Origin: a virus
Taxonomy: Duplodnaviria > Caudoviricetes
Strand: one strand, 5' to 3'
DNA: 31,726 bases
Virus record (IMG/VR): IMGVR_UViG_3300024232_000055
Coordinates: 1-31,726 of that record
Shown in pieces: positions 7,890-16,804 of the stretch. The notes beneath the pieces were generated by a model. It was not told the origin of the DNA, did not search any database, and was given only the letters and a program-made list of their open reading frames with translations. A program made the translations under genes and the position numbers. Within the stretch, counting starts at the first letter, position 1; each line of letters begins with the position of its first letter.

Positions 7890-8017
7890 ACCCGCCGCCG
7901 GGGTTATTCGGGCGATCCACCAGGAATGTGCCCCGGCCGCCGCGGGGACTTAATCGGGCGCTTCGGCCCTGCGATGTGGCCCGTCATCCATCGCACCTGC
8001 CGCCAAGGACATGGGCG
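7890..8017 (+). repeat. three mini-pseudoknot-like repeats in the capsid leader
   Basis: Pattern stem-GCCGCCR-stem-linker-GGGCG at 7890-7914, 7931-7960 and 7996-8017, with stems ACCC/GGGT, CCCCG/CGGGG and CCT/AGG. Confidence 0.7.
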
Positions 8018-8052
8018 TTTCCCGCGCAAACCCAAGCTAAGGAATACGTTCC

Positions 8053-9162
8053 GTGGCAGACATGAACATCACGGCCGCAAGGCCGGGATTAACTCCAATA
8101 CAGTGGCAATCTGACTTTTATCAGGAGTACTTAAGGGACTCACAATTTGCGCCGTACATGGGTTCGGAGATGGACGACATGATCCAGCTCCAGACCGACC
8201 TCACGCGCAAATCTGGTGATTCCGTCGTCTTCGCCGCCATCCGCAACCTGGTGGGAGCGGGAGTCACTGGGAATACTGTCCTAGAGGGCAATGAGGAACT
8301 TCTCAACGCCCGTTCGCTGAAGGTAGCGGTTGGTGTCATCCGTCACGCCGTCGCTGTATCGGATTGGGACAAACAGAAGAGCGTCATTGATCTGCTCAAT
8401 GCCGCACGTCCGGCACTGAAAAACTGGATCATGAACAAGCTGAGGGCCGACATCATCCTCAGCCTGGGAGCGGTCACCGCGGACGGCGACGTGCAGATCA
8501 GCTACGGCGCGGCCTCTGCCGCACAGCGCAACACCTGGCTGGTTAACAACTCAGACCGTGTGCTGTTCGGCGCAACCAAGTCGAACAACACCGGCGTCTA
8601 TGCCACGTCACTGACCAACATCGACAACACGGCGGACAAGATGACGGCGGCGCAGCTCACGCTGGCCAAGCGCATTGCCCGCACCGCGTCACCGAAGATC
8701 CGGCCGATCAAGGTCAACGGCGACGAGGAATGGTTCGTGGTGTTCGTGCCGTCGATGGTGTTCCGCGACTTGATGCTGGACCCCACCATCATCAACTCAC
8801 TGCAGTATGCGTGGGACAGAGGGCGCACCAACCCTCTCTTTACCGCGGGTGACATCCTGTACGACGGCCTGATCATCCGCGAGATCCCGGAGTTGCCGAC
8901 CATTCCAGACGTTGGCGCCGGTGCCACCGTCGATGCCGGCGCTTCCTACCTCTGCGGCGCACAGGCCATCGGCATCGCCTGGGCACAGCGCACCACCGCC
9001 GTCACCAACACCCGCGACTATGACTTCATGCATGGCGCCGGGATCATGGAGATCAGGGGCGTGGCCAAGATGCGGTTCGGTGTGGACCCGACCGTGGACC
9101 AGACCAAACCCGTTGACCACGGGATCGTTACGATCTGGTCGGCCGCAGAGCCCGACGCATAG
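8053..9162 (+). CDS. major capsid protein (N4-gp56/DUF4043-like)
   Basis: TAAGGA RBS; motifs F.PYMG, DLTRKSGDSV, LEGNEE, NPLFTAG...YDGLIIRE and LCGAQAIG; 369 aa; follows the scaffold. Confidence 0.9.
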   Translation: MADMNITAARPGLTPIQWQSDFYQEYLRDSQFAPYMGSEMDDMIQLQTDLTRKSGDSVVFAAIRNLVGAGVTGNTVLEGNEELLNARSLKVAVGVIRHAVAVSDWDKQKSVIDLLNAARPALKNWIMNKLRADIILSLGAVTADGDVQISYGAASAAQRNTWLVNNSDRVLFGATKSNNTGVYATSLTNIDNTADKMTAAQLTLAKRIARTASPKIRPIKVNGDEEWFVVFVPSMVFRDLMLDPTIINSLQYAWDRGRTNPLFTAGDILYDGLIIREIPELPTIPDVGAGATVDAGASYLCGAQAIGIAWAQRTTAVTNTRDYDFMHGAGIMEIRGVAKMRFGVDPTVDQTKPVDHGIVTIWSAAEPDA

Positions 9163-9171
9163 GAGACACAC

Positions 9172-9720
9172 ATGGCACAGCAACCACACGAGCCGAACGG
9201 CGACCGGCAGCGCCGCGAGGAAGCGGCACGCTCGGCGGAGCAGGACCACACGCCGCGCCGCGAGGAACAGGCCGCGCGGGAACGGCGGGAGGCGCAGAAG
9301 ACGCGAGCCGCACCCGTGGACAAAGCCGCAGCGGACAAGGCAGCAGCCGAAACAAGGGAGGCACAGGCGGCGGCGTCCATCGGTGCGCAGATCATCCTCG
9401 ATTACAACGAGGATGGCTCTAAGGGCGCGCGCGGCGGCGCTGGCGGCACAGTCGAGGAGAACACCATGGCCAGGGACGCGCACCTGGTCGCTTTGGGCCT
9501 CGACCCGCTCGCACCCAGCGGGCCACCACCGACGCCGGAGGCACTGGCAGCACGTCGCAAGCGCGAGGAGGCCGACGCCAGGGCAGCAGCGGATCCGCAG
9601 TTCATGGTGCCGCCGAACGGCAAGGCAACGCGCATGTCGAGCCTGGCGGCCGGTCTTGATGCCGGCGATATCCCGCCGCCGACCGAACCACCGCCAACCG
9701 TCCGCGGCGGCGCGGCGTAG
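9172..9720 (+). CDS. hypothetical virion-module protein (182 aa)
   Basis: AGGAG RBS; directly after the capsid gene; charged, low-complexity sequence. Confidence 0.75.
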   Translation: MAQQPHEPNGDRQRREEAARSAEQDHTPRREEQAARERREAQKTRAAPVDKAAADKAAAETREAQAAASIGAQIILDYNEDGSKGARGGAGGTVEENTMARDAHLVALGLDPLAPSGPPPTPEALAARRKREEADARAAADPQFMVPPNGKATRMSSLAAGLDAGDIPPPTEPPPTVRGGAA

Positions 9721-9734
9721 CAGCAGGAGGCATC

Positions 9735-10067
9735 ATGTCTGGGACGCGGATCAATCCGTTGCTGGCCGCGTCCTGGGCGCCGCCAGCGGACGACCCTCGT
9801 GCGGCCGTGCTCAGTCCGGTGGGGCGTAGTCCAATTGATACTCGATGGTATGGCGCTCAAGCCTACGAACTGCCGAAACAGGCGCCGCCTGAAACCTACA
9901 CAGGCGCCATCCCGAACACGCAACTTGATATCGAGCACCGGCTGAGCCTGCCGCACGAGTATTACGGCCAGATCCAGATGCTGAAGAACCAAGGCCAATA
10001 CACGCCCGACATCGACCGCTGGCTACAGACCATCTACATGCGCCGGCGAGGGCAGGCGTCGTGGTGA
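9735..10067 (+). CDS. hypothetical protein (110 aa)
   Basis: AGGAGG RBS; GTGA coupling to the next gene. Confidence 0.7.
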   Translation: MSGTRINPLLAASWAPPADDPRAAVLSPVGRSPIDTRWYGAQAYELPKQAPPETYTGAIPNTQLDIEHRLSLPHEYYGQIQMLKNQGQYTPDIDRWLQTIYMRRRGQASW

Positions 10068-11008
10068 CAGTCTCGGAGATCGCCGAGCGCGCCCTTCGCC
10101 GGCTAGGCGTATCCGTCGTGCCGGTTGCCGACCGGCCGTTGCTCAATACCAGCGTCTCGCCCAGCGACATCGCTAACAACGCGCTGGTGGAGCTTGGCAT
10201 CATCGCAACGGATGAAATTCCGCTGAGCCAGGCGACGGTGGTTTCCGTTGCAACCATCGCCACAACGGCGCTGCAGAAACTTGGCGTGATCGCCGCCGAC
10301 GAGACACCTATTGCCGCCGATCAGACGCTCGCACAGACCACCGTGCAGGCCGTCCATTCGTCGCTTGTGGCACAAGGCATCTGCGATTGGACATCGGCGG
10401 GAATAACCGACGCGGTGTCAGAGGAATATGCCGGGCTGACGGCGTTTCACCTCGCATCGGCATTCGGCAAGCCGGCCGATCCCGCCGTCATCGCGCTGCT
10501 CGAGGGCCGCATCGCTACTGTGGCGCGTGTGATCCGGGCAAAGAACCTCGCACTCGCCAAGGTCACCGAGGTGCAGGCGAGCTTGGCATCGCAGGCGTCT
10601 GTGTCGTGGCCGAATACCGGCATACCGATGGCAGTGGCTGAGGAATACACACGGCTCGTGGCGATGTCGCTGGCGTCGAGCTTCGGCAAGCAGGTGGATC
10701 CGCAGATGGTGCCTGTGATGGAGGCGCGGGTGCGACGCATGGCGCAGGTGCTGGCGGCGCCGGAAAGCGCGCAGAACGCCGTGATGGCAGTGCATGACAA
10801 TTTGGTCGCGCGTGGTGTCGCGCGGTGGACCTCGCAGGACATACCGGGACCGGCTGAGATGCCGTACGAGCAGCTCGCCGCGAACCGTTTGGCACCGCTG
10901 TTCGACAAGCAGATCAATCCCGCGGAGGAAATGCTGGCCAACCGGGCGCTGGCGCAGATCGTGGCGCTGGAGCCGTCAGGCCGGCCCGTGCGGGTGGATT
11001 ACTTCTAG
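10064..11008 (+). CDS. head-tail adaptor (P22 gp4-like) with internal triplication
   Basis: Three IA..AL..LG(V/I) segments followed by three W....I......Y..L.A..LA..F.K segments; ends in VRVDYF; position fits gp4. Confidence 0.7.
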   Translation: MTVSEIAERALRRLGVSVVPVADRPLLNTSVSPSDIANNALVELGIIATDEIPLSQATVVSVATIATTALQKLGVIAADETPIAADQTLAQTTVQAVHSSLVAQGICDWTSAGITDAVSEEYAGLTAFHLASAFGKPADPAVIALLEGRIATVARVIRAKNLALAKVTEVQASLASQASVSWPNTGIPMAVAEEYTRLVAMSLASSFGKQVDPQMVPVMEARVRRMAQVLAAPESAQNAVMAVHDNLVARGVARWTSQDIPGPAEMPYEQLAANRLAPLFDKQINPAEEMLANRALAQIVALEPSGRPVRVDYF

Positions 11009-11815
11009 ATGGCGGACGGGCTGGCATTTGGCAGCACCGCGGCGGCCTGTCCGGACGACGGGCTGGACTTTGGCGGTACGCTGCCGCCGCCGACAATCCC
11101 ACCGGATCCGACCGGCGAGAACTGGCGCGGACCACCAGGGCCTCCTGGGCCACAGGGTCCGGTCGGACCAGCCAGCACGGTACCAGGCCCGGCAGGACCA
11201 CCAGGCGCGGACGGCGAGGACGGCGCGGACAGCACGATTCCCGGCCCTCCGGGGCCGCCTGGCGCCGACAGCACCGTGCCAGGGCCACAAGGGCCGGCCG
11301 GCGTCCCCGGCCCACCAGGCCCCGCCGGAGCGGACGGCGCAAGCATCACCACCAGCGACACAGCACCAACGCCAACCGCTGGCGCACTGTGGTTCGATTC
11401 AGCCGGGACGCAGCTTTATGTCGGCTACAACGACGGCAGCTCGACGCAGTGGGTGATTGCCACCAACAACGGCGGCGCGGCGCTGCGCAACAAGGCGCGG
11501 CTGCAGGCGCAGTGGCAGAACGCGGCCGTGGTGTCGGACGATACCGTGTGGCTCGCTTACGACGCGCCCTATGCCGGGACGGTGGACGCGTTGACCTACT
11601 TCACCGGCAATGGATCGTTCACCGCGAATATACAGATCAATGGGGTGTCGGTAACCGGGTTGGGCGCCGTAGCCGTGTCATCCGCGACGCCGGCCACCGC
11701 CACGGCCACGGCGGCGCGGACCTTCATGGCAGGCCAGCGGATCACCGCTGTCATCACTGCGGCAACCGGTTCACCGACCGACGCGCTGCTCAGCCTCGCT
11801 GTGACGTGGAGTTAG
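11009..11815 (+). CDS. collagen-like fibre/virion protein
   Basis: 20 Gly-X-Y triplets (11129-11344) broken by three ST(V/I)P kinks, followed by a GALWFDS...LYV.Y.DG...QWV motif. Confidence 0.85.
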   Translation: MADGLAFGSTAAACPDDGLDFGGTLPPPTIPPDPTGENWRGPPGPPGPQGPVGPASTVPGPAGPPGADGEDGADSTIPGPPGPPGADSTVPGPQGPAGVPGPPGPAGADGASITTSDTAPTPTAGALWFDSAGTQLYVGYNDGSSTQWVIATNNGGAALRNKARLQAQWQNAAVVSDDTVWLAYDAPYAGTVDALTYFTGNGSFTANIQINGVSVTGLGAVAVSSATPATATATAARTFMAGQRITAVITAATGSPTDALLSLAVTWS

Positions 11816-11819
11816 TGCG

Positions 11820-13301
11820 GTGGCGTATTGTTTCGGTGATGGGTTCGACCTCTACGCCGCCACTACCGACGCGGTAGCAGGATACTGGGATAGCGGCGTG
11901 CTAACCAATCTGAGTCTGGTAGCTGGGCGCTTTGCCGGTAGTCAGGCGTTGCAGATCAGCGGCTCATCGACCAACCTCGTCAAAAGCAGTGCGGTCAACG
12001 ACGCGGTGCATCATATTACTGTGGCGTTCCGTCAGACCGCTGCGCTCAGCGGCACGACGTTGGGCCTGTATTTCCAGTTGAGCGACGGTGCGACCAACCA
12101 GTGCTGCATCGTGTTCCGTTCGGACGGCGTGATCCTGCTCACCTCGGCTACGCCGGGCGGCACCGTGCTGGCGACATATAGCGGCGCAGTGACGGCGCAG
12201 AATACTTGGGTCACATTTGAGTTCGAGGTGGTGATCCACAACACGACCGGCTCGTTCACCGCGCGGAAGAACGGCAACACGAGCAACGATTTCACGCTGG
12301 GATCGCTCAATACCCGCCCGGGCGCGAACGCCTACGCGAACAAGCTGACGACGGCGATGAGTGCTCCAGTGCTCAATCAGCAGTTTGATGACCTGCTCTG
12401 GCGCAGCGACGCCGCCAGCGTGCCGTTCGTGGGCGATATCCGCGCGTATACACGCATGCCCGCGAGCGATGTGCAGAAGCAGTTCTCGACTGTCGGCAGT
12501 GTCTCGCAGACCTATCCGACCAGTGGTGTGAACGCAGCTGGCACGCCCAGCATCACGACCGCTCTGTATACGATGATAACACCGACCTACGCGGGCACCG
12601 TGTCGAGTGTTTCGGTTGTTGCCACCGCCAGCAGCGGTAATACGAAATGCTGTGTGTTTGCGGACAATGGTAGCCTCACCGGACCTGGAGCTATCATACA
12701 AGCCGCCGCTGCGCCTGTCGCGATGAACGGCGGCAGCATGGTGTTTACCTTCAGCCCACCACTCGTTCTGAGCCGGGTGCCTTATTGGTTTGGTTTTATC
12801 CCCGATACTGCTGGGGGCGTTATTACGTATATGTCGCCCAACTTGGCGACAGGGGCGAGCGGCACCACAACTTACGCTGCGTTTCCGCAGGCTAGTCCAG
12901 TTGTCACCAATCCATCGAACGGGCGACAAGTGCTGTTGCAGTATAGCCCAACCGTTAACTGGCCAGCGGTCAGCGAGCCGCAGCAGGATGCCGCCACAAG
13001 CTATGTCTACGATAGCGTTGTCGGCCACAATGATCTCTACGCCATCGCCGCACTCGCTGCGACACCCGTCAGCGTCGTGGCGGTGACCACGCGCGGCTAC
13101 GTCCAGAAATCCGACGCGGGCACGCGCAACGGCGCGGTGCAGCTCAAATCGGGTGCCACGACAGTGCAGAGCACCAGCACGGCACTGAGCACATCATGGC
13201 AGTGGCTTTTTAGAACAGATACTTTAGATCCAGCTACAGGGGCTGCTTGGACACCCACGGCGGTAAACAACGTGGCCATTGGCCCCGTGATGGTTAGCTG
13301 A
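11820..13301 (+). CDS. beta-rich virion/tail protein (493 aa)
   Basis: Starts with F.DGFD.Y; lectin-like N-terminal half; ends DPATGAAWT..AVN; lies in the tail module. Confidence 0.75.
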   Translation: MAYCFGDGFDLYAATTDAVAGYWDSGVLTNLSLVAGRFAGSQALQISGSSTNLVKSSAVNDAVHHITVAFRQTAALSGTTLGLYFQLSDGATNQCCIVFRSDGVILLTSATPGGTVLATYSGAVTAQNTWVTFEFEVVIHNTTGSFTARKNGNTSNDFTLGSLNTRPGANAYANKLTTAMSAPVLNQQFDDLLWRSDAASVPFVGDIRAYTRMPASDVQKQFSTVGSVSQTYPTSGVNAAGTPSITTALYTMITPTYAGTVSSVSVVATASSGNTKCCVFADNGSLTGPGAIIQAAAAPVAMNGGSMVFTFSPPLVLSRVPYWFGFIPDTAGGVITYMSPNLATGASGTTTYAAFPQASPVVTNPSNGRQVLLQYSPTVNWPAVSEPQQDAATSYVYDSVVGHNDLYAIAALAATPVSVVAVTTRGYVQKSDAGTRNGAVQLKSGATTVQSTSTALSTSWQWLFRTDTLDPATGAAWTPTAVNNVAIGPVMVS

Positions 13302-13890
13302 CATGGCGCCATGCATCCCGCTTTATGATCTTGCACGCGGTGGATTGGCTGATACCGAACATTCGCGCCAGTTCCCCGCTATGGCGCTTGCCGCTGTCGT
13401 AGAGCCTGCGCATTTTCCGCACATCGGCCACCGTCAGAACGGCATTGACGTTGCGCTCTCCTGCGACGGCCATTCCCGGCCCTACACCACGTCCTTTCCG
13501 CGCCATGTCAGCCGAATTGTCAGCGGGCGTTCCGACGAACAGATGGGAGGGACGCACACAGGTGCGATTGTCGCACTTATGGCAGACAAGGAGGCTTTTA
13601 GGCACAGGTCCAAAGTGCATTTCCCAAGAGAACCGATGTGCGCGAACGGGCTTGCCGTTCACCTCAAGGACGCCGTAGCCATTAGCCCCGATGCGTTGGT
13701 AGTGCCAGCATTTACTAGTCTTTTGGACGTTGTTCCAGAACCTCTCTTCTGGGGTTCCTCCTCCCCATCGACCGGCGTAGGAGCATGGCTTGCTACAATA
13801 TCGTGCGCGCCCCAGACGGAGCAGGTAAGGCGGCGGATGGAACCCATCTCCGCAGATTGCGCAATAGCCGGTAATGCTGCGGGCGACCAT
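13294..13890 (-). CDS. HNH homing endonuclease with N-terminal Cys cluster and C-terminal HTH (198 aa)
   Basis: CAIC..YCS..C, ERFW..V.K..CW, RAHRFSW, VCHKCDNRTCVRPSHL..GT..DN and an ELARMFGISQST helix-turn-helix; probable start ATG at 13890. Confidence 0.9.
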   Translation of the reverse strand: MVARSITGYCAICGDGFHPPPYLLRLGRARYCSKPCSYAGRWGGGTPEERFWNNVQKTSKCWHYQRIGANGYGVLEVNGKPVRAHRFSWEMHFGPVPKSLLVCHKCDNRTCVRPSHLFVGTPADNSADMARKGRGVGPGMAVAGERNVNAVLTVADVRKMRRLYDSGKRHSGELARMFGISQSTACKIIKRDAWRHVS

Positions 13891-13896
13891 GGCTAT

Positions 13897-13925
13897 GAAA
13901 TAGCGGACACAAGCGCGGTTGTCTA
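13897..13925 (-). promoter_or_regulatory. putative sigma70 promoter giving a leaderless HNH mRNA
   Basis: Minus strand TAGACA-N17-TATTTC-N6-ATG; no Shine-Dalgarno sequence. Confidence 0.45.
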
Positions 13926-13935
13926 CGACAGTGAA

Positions 13936-14034
13936 TGGCTGTGGCGCACTGACGCGACGGACCCAGCGACCGGTGCTGCGTGGACGCCCGTTGCGGTCAA
14001 CAACGTCACCGTGGGTCCGGTGGTGACCGTCTGA
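13936..14034 (+). repeat. second copy of the last 33 codons of the 11820..13301 gene (paralog of 13203..13301)
   Basis: Both copies are exactly 99 nt: WLFRTDTLDPATGAAWTPTAVNNVAIGPVMVS* versus WLWRTDATDPATGAAWTPVAVNNVTVGPVVTV*; 23/32 identical residues. Confidence 0.9.
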
Positions 14035-14837
14035 TGGCAACGACGTGGAATGCCTCTGATCAGACGGCTGGGATTACGCTATCGAACGGCAGCCTGACTG
14101 CAACCATAGGTGCGGGTGGCACGCAATCTGTTCGCAGCCTCGACCGCGTGCAGACAGGTAAATACTATTGGGAGTTCACCTACGGCGCGACGATCACGGG
14201 TGTCGCATCGGGTTTCGCGACAATAGCGAATGCCATTGGATCAACGAGCGCCAGTTCCACGAACGCCATAGCCGTGACCACCGCAGGTTTGATCTTTGTC
14301 GCTAACTCAAACCTTGGCAGCACTGGCGGGACCATCTCGGCAGGATCAGTGATCTGCCTTGCGATAGACATAGACAATCGTCTCGTCTGGGCCAGGAACG
14401 GCGCAGCAGGCAACTGGAATAACAACGCGGCGAACAACCCTGTTACGGGCGTTGGTGGCATATCCATTGCAGGCGCTGGCATAAACACGGGCATTGCCGT
14501 CTATGCGCTGTTTACGGGCACCAACGCTTCCGGCAGTAGCGGAACGGCAAACTTCGGTTCGGTTGCTTATGCCGGGACGCGCCCTACCGGTTTTGTCGAT
14601 CTGCCGACAGGCACAAGCAACACAGCAAATAACGTCACAACTCAGATCGCCGCAGAGCAGTGGGGCAGCGGCACGCCCGCCATGTGGATGACGCAGGCGG
14701 CTGTCGAGATGTGGGCCTCGGTGCAGGCGACCTCCGGCACCCAGATGACCGTGACGCAGATGGCAATCGAGCAGTGGGCCTCCGTCGCGTCGGTGCCGGT
14801 CGCCGCCGGCGGACCTATGGTCACGATGATCGGATAG
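14034..14837 (+). CDS. SPRY/ConA-like domain virion protein
   Basis: TGATG-coupled start; TWN..D....ITLSNG.LTAT, GKYYWEF and AIDIDN..VW motifs; three C-terminal TQ.A.E.W repeats. Confidence 0.8.
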   Translation: MATTWNASDQTAGITLSNGSLTATIGAGGTQSVRSLDRVQTGKYYWEFTYGATITGVASGFATIANAIGSTSASSTNAIAVTTAGLIFVANSNLGSTGGTISAGSVICLAIDIDNRLVWARNGAAGNWNNNAANNPVTGVGGISIAGAGINTGIAVYALFTGTNASGSSGTANFGSVAYAGTRPTGFVDLPTGTSNTANNVTTQIAAEQWGSGTPAMWMTQAAVEMWASVQATSGTQMTVTQMAIEQWASVASVPVAAGGPMVTMIG

Positions 14838-14846
14838 GACGCGCCG

Positions 14847-16208
14847 ATGCCTTTCGATTACCCCAATTCACCCATCATCGGCCAGACCGTCAGCAACGGC
14901 GGCATTTCGTATATCTGGGATGGCGCTAAGTGGGTGGCGACGCCAAACAGCGGCGGCGACTTCGTGAACGTCTCCGGCGATACGATGACCGGGCCGCTCG
15001 TGCTTTCCGGCGATCCGACAGCCAGCGCACAGGCCGCCAACAAGCACTACATCGACAATGCCATCTCGCTCGCCGGCAACTATCTCGGCACATGGTCCGT
15101 CGCATCGAACACGCCGAGCATCACCGCGGGCGGCAGCGTCTCCAATGCCAACTATGTCGCGGTGACGGCCAATCCGGTGGTGCCTGAGACGGCGCCGGGC
15201 GGCATTCCCGGTATTGCCGGGCAGACGGTGAACAACGGCGACCGGATCATCTGGGCGGCGGGCATCAGCCAGTGGCAGATCCTGCGCTCGCCATCGCCGA
15301 ACGTGTCGAGCTTCAACACCCGCACCGGCGCGGTGACGCTGAGCAGCGGCGACGTGACGACGGTGCTACCGCCGTCCTCCACGACGCCGGTGATGGACGG
15401 CACGGCAGCGGTTGGCACTGGCACGACCTGGGCGCGCGCCGACCATGTGCATCCGACCGATACCAGCCGCTACGCCGCCACCAACCCAAGCGGCTATCAG
15501 ACGGCGGCGCAGGTCGCCGCTGTGGTGGATGGCGCCAACTACGCCGACAACAGTGGCTTTGCCGTCAACCAACGGAGCTATGTGAGCGGCACGGCGCTCG
15601 CTGCCGGGGCCTACGGTCACGACCGGTGGAAGGCAGGCGCTGGTGGCTGCACCTACACGTTCGCCGCACCATCCGGCCCATCCAACAGCGTCACTATCAC
15701 CGCCGGCACGTTGCAGCAGGTAATCGAAGGCGCAGCACTCGCCGGTGGCACCTACACGCTGTCATGGACCGGCACCGCACAGGGGCGCATCGGCGCCGGA
15801 TCGTATGCCGCGTCGCCGGTCAGCGGCAGCGTCACGGTCGGCACGAATACCACCATCGAGTTCAATGCGGGAACGCTCAGTCGGGTGAAATTCGAGCTTG
15901 GATCTGTGGCGACGCCGTGGGTCGCGCTGTCGCCGCAGCAACAGCTCGCCGCCTGCCAGCGATTCTACTTCTCCGACAATTACGCGGTGTTCGGATATGG
16001 CGCGGCGGGCCAATGGCTCGGACAGACGATGGCGCACCCTGTAATGCGTGCGGCGCCGACGATCACTGTCGGAACCCCCAGCTATATCAACACGTCCGGC
16101 ATTGGTGTGACCAACAACACCGCGCTGTCCTTTCTGCTGTATGCCGTTACGACAGCGACCGGGGCGGCATCGTTCAATGGCTCATACACAGCCAGCGCGG
16201 ATTTGTGA
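14847..16208 (+). CDS. tail fibre protein
   Basis: FDYPNSP..GQ...YIWDG.KW, GDTMTGPL.L.GDP...AANKHY, VSSFNTRTGAVTL, WARADHVHP, DRW, and ELGSVATP...CQRF motifs. Confidence 0.85.
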   Translation: MPFDYPNSPIIGQTVSNGGISYIWDGAKWVATPNSGGDFVNVSGDTMTGPLVLSGDPTASAQAANKHYIDNAISLAGNYLGTWSVASNTPSITAGGSVSNANYVAVTANPVVPETAPGGIPGIAGQTVNNGDRIIWAAGISQWQILRSPSPNVSSFNTRTGAVTLSSGDVTTVLPPSSTTPVMDGTAAVGTGTTWARADHVHPTDTSRYAATNPSGYQTAAQVAAVVDGANYADNSGFAVNQRSYVSGTALAAGAYGHDRWKAGAGGCTYTFAAPSGPSNSVTITAGTLQQVIEGAALAGGTYTLSWTGTAQGRIGAGSYAASPVSGSVTVGTNTTIEFNAGTLSRVKFELGSVATPWVALSPQQQLAACQRFYFSDNYAVFGYGAAGQWLGQTMAHPVMRAAPTITVGTPSYINTSGIGVTNNTALSFLLYAVTTATGAASFNGSYTASADL

Positions 16209-16210
16209 CG

Positions 16211-16486
16211 ATGGCAGAATACCAACTCACGCACACCGACGCGGTGATCCGCACGGCTGACAACGCGCACATCCCCGACGATCCAACCAACCGGGACTGG
16301 CAGCAGTATCTGGCCTGGATCGCGGACGGTGGCGTACCTGACCCGCCAGCCCCGCCCTCGCGCGCTGGTGTCATCGCACAGTCCGCGCAGGCGCTTTCGC
16401 TCTCGCAGGCACAGCAGCTCAACGCGCAGGGCCGCACTAAGGAAGCCGTCGCCGCAATCCTCGACATGCTGGAGCAACGCACATGA
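16211..16486 (+). CDS. tail-fibre-associated (assembly) protein
   Basis: IPDDPTNRDWQQYLAW..GG.PDP motif typical of genes following tail fibres; ATGA coupling downstream. It is the C-terminal part of the listed 15272 ORF. Confidence 0.75.
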   Translation: MAEYQLTHTDAVIRTADNAHIPDDPTNRDWQQYLAWIADGGVPDPPAPPSRAGVIAQSAQALSLSQAQQLNAQGRTKEAVAAILDMLEQRT

Positions 16487-16803
16487 CCACGACGGTAATT
16501 TCCAACTCGGCCAGCTTCGGCCTGCTCACCAACCAGACGATTGCCGACCTCTACACCATCTTTGAAGCCATCGCGCGGCTACAGGAGGCCGTTGCCCAGG
16601 CTGCGTCCGGCTTCGATGGCATCGCGGGAACGGAGTACGAGGACGGCACGCTGTTTGGCGTGGCTGCCGATCCGGCTTCTCCCGGCACCAAGGGCAGCGA
16701 TTATGCTTATGCTGTCGGAGTGCTGAGCCAGCACTGGGACACGTTCTGGAGCGCGGCCCAGGGCGCGATCACCCAACTCGATAACGGCGTGCGCAATCCC
16801 TGA
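16483..16803 (+). CDS. hypothetical protein (106 aa)
   Basis: Coupled ORF in the tail operon; GC3-rich codons. Confidence 0.75.
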   Translation: MTTTVISNSASFGLLTNQTIADLYTIFEAIARLQEAVAQAASGFDGIAGTEYEDGTLFGVAADPASPGTKGSDYAYAVGVLSQHWDTFWSAAQGAITQLDNGVRNP

Positions 16804-16804
16804 C

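Noticed and set aside
7890-8017. CRISPR mini-array
   Set aside because: Units are short, unequal and degenerate, spacing is irregular, and there are no cas genes.
13203-14034. Group I intron or diversity-generating retroelement TR/VR pair
   Set aside because: No intron core elements and almost no non-coding space; differences are mainly synonymous wobble changes rather than adenine-specific, and no RT gene is present.
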